From assembly GCA_965224215.1 (NCBI GenBank), contig CBDCYS010000019.1:23327-87326 (forward strand): 64,000 nucleotides of DNA, given 5' to 3'. The position numbers were made by a program, and so were the translations under genes. The first letter of the stretch is position 1; every line of letters starts with the position of its first letter. Below the pieces are notes generated by a model. The model was not told the DNA's origin and searched no databases. It saw only the letters and a program-made list of their open reading frames with translations. This document shows, in pieces, positions 59,815-64,000 of this stretch. The stretch is from Bryobacterales bacterium. GTDB lineage: Bacteria; Acidobacteriota; Terriglobia; Bryobacterales; UBA6623.

Positions 59815-60891
59815 CCCGCATTTCTCACCGGCTAAGGGGCCAAGCACATGACAGGCCCGCCATTACTTTGTTGCGCTTGCTCGCCGTGCTCAACGTACTG
59901 TCCGAGTACGCCTCGTTGATCAAGTGGGGGTCGTCAAGCGGCGAGCGCCTCGTACTGACAGGCCTCTCATGGACTTTGCCTCGCCACCCGATGAGAAATG
60001 CGGGCTAGGTCTAGGAGCCCACTCGATCGACAGCCTGGTGAGCAGGCGGCCGCGATGGGCTACTGCACGCTCACATGCCGGTTGCCCTTCACGTAAAACC
60101 GCAGAGGCAGATCCCGGCTCGTAGAGATTCCAATGCGGGTCGCTGTCTGGATCTCAAACACTTCCGGGGCCTGCCCGCATTTCTCACCGGCTAAGGGGCC
60201 AAGCACATGACAGGCCCGCCATTACTTTGTTGCGCTTGCTCGCCGTGCTCAACGTACTGTCCGAGTACGCCTCGTTGATCAAGTGGGGGTCGTCAAGCGG
60301 CGAGCGCCTCGTACTGACAGGCCTCTCATGGACTTTGCCTCGCCACCCGATGAGAAATGCGGGCTAGGTCTAGGAGCCCACTCGATCGACAGCCTGGTGA
60401 GCAGGCGGCCGCGATGGGCTACTGCACGCTCACATGCCGGTTGCCCTTCACGTAAAACCGCAGAGGCAGATCCCGGCTCGTAGAGATTCCAATGCGGGTC
60501 GCTGTCTGGATCTCAAACACTTCCGGGGCCTGCCCGCATTTCTCACCGGCTAAGGGGCCAAGCACATGACAGGCCCGCCATTACTTTGTTGCGCTTGCTC
60601 GCCGTGCTCAACGTACTGTCCGAGTACGCCTCGTTGATCAAGTGGGGGTCGTCAAGCGGCGAGCGCCTCGTACTGACAGGCCTCTCATGGACTTTGCCTC
60701 GCCACCCGATGAGAAATGCGGGCTAGGTCTAGGAGCCCACTCGATCGACAGCCTGGTGAGCAGGCGGCCGCGATGGGCTACTGCACGCTCACATGCCGGT
60801 TGCCCTTCACGTAAAACCGCAGAGGCAGATCCCGGCTCGTAGAGATTCCAATGCGGGTCGCTGTCTGGATCTCAAACACTTCCGGGGCCTG
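59815..60891. repeat. Three identical 359-bp units, each a 190-bp MITE plus 169 bp of flank including the mpg 3' end
   Basis: Units start at 59815, 60174 and 60533. MITE IR is CCCGCATTTCTCA / TGAGAAATGCGGG; CTAG flanks copy 1 on both sides. Confidence 0.95.
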
Positions 60892-61386
60892 CGTCAAGCG
60901 CACCCGCAAAGGCCCTCGCGTCACGTCCACGCCGTAGTGCTCCCGCGCAATTCCCATCGCCTTCGTCAGCTTGCCCGGGCCGGATGCCAAATCGTGTAGC
61001 CGCTTGGCTTTGGGCCGGCGGCGCTGCATCTCGTCAATTCCGCAAACCGGCTCAAGAGCACGAAGCAGCACGCAACCCGCCTGCCCGGCGGGCTCGGTCA
61101 CGAGGTTGAGGCACTCGTGCATTCCGTAAAGAAAGTAGACGTAGGCATGCCCCGGCGGACCGAAAAGGACACGGGTTCTTTTAGTGAGACCGCGAGCCGA
61201 GTGCGCCGCTGGGTCGCCGGAACCAAGGTAGGCTTCGGTTTCGACGATCTTGGCCGCAAGTTCGCAACCCTCGAACTGATGGATGAGGTAGTGGCCCAGT
61301 AGCTCGCGGGCCACCTCCGCCGCCGGGCGGTTGAAGAAGGCTCGGTCAGCTCTCCGCGTGCTTCGAAGCAATTGGCGGAGAGTCAT
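60778..61386 (-). CDS. mpg: DNA-3-methyladenine glycosylase (MPG/AAG family)
   Basis: IVETEAY, GHAYVYFLYGMHECLN, LLRALEP, SGPGKL and RIGI motifs. Confidence 0.95.
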   Translation of the reverse strand: MTLRQLLRSTRRADRAFFNRPAAEVARELLGHYLIHQFEGCELAAKIVETEAYLGSGDPAAHSARGLTKRTRVLFGPPGHAYVYFLYGMHECLNLVTEPAGQAGCVLLRALEPVCGIDEMQRRRPKAKRLHDLASGPGKLTKAMGIAREHYGVDVTRGPLRVRLTQAPEVFEIQTATRIGISTSRDLPLRFYVKGNRHVSVQ

Positions 61387-61418
61387 ACGCTTTGCGGCAG
61401 AGCGCTCACGCCGTCGGC

Positions 61419-64000
<2,582 letters not shown>

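Noticed and set aside
59815-60891. CRISPR array or repeated 66-aa gene
   Set aside because: The units are identical over 359 bp with no variable spacers and no cas genes. The three 66-aa ORFs merely span MITE and antisense mpg sequence.

Overview
GC-rich bacterial chromosomal window, probably Acidobacteriota (inferred from gene content, not verifiable here). Housekeeping genes sit at both ends: purM at left; thioesterase, DUF72, sulfurtransferase, tsaC, plsC, leuCD, mpg and acnA at right. Between them is a very IS-dense accessory region. About 0.8-24 kb is a decayed island around tRNA-Gly(CCC). It holds an IS4-split tyrosine integrase, an excisionase, an AAA helicase and broken defence genes (DarT/NADAR, plus HEPN-like, SIR2-like and PIN-like remnants). 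At 27.3-35.9 kb, two IS110/IS1111-type elements are inserted 57 bp apart and are themselves hit by IS1202-, IS1380- and IS256-family elements. The strongest signal is in their 3' non-coding ends. Each carries bridge-RNA-like guide segments that match its own, different, reconstructed target site, and both share a segment matching the donor junction. Other features: a 530-bp IS1380-derived MITE (3 copies), a 190-bp MITE amplified in a 3 x 359-bp array, an IS1595 with a passenger gene (2 copies), a Rieske-fused TPP enzyme/glutamate-synthase-like pair, coiled-coil methyltransferases, a stand-alone TIR-like gene and a MITE-split double-glycine-leader peptide. All alignments and family calls were made by eye. 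Several single-base frameshifts may be sequencing errors.
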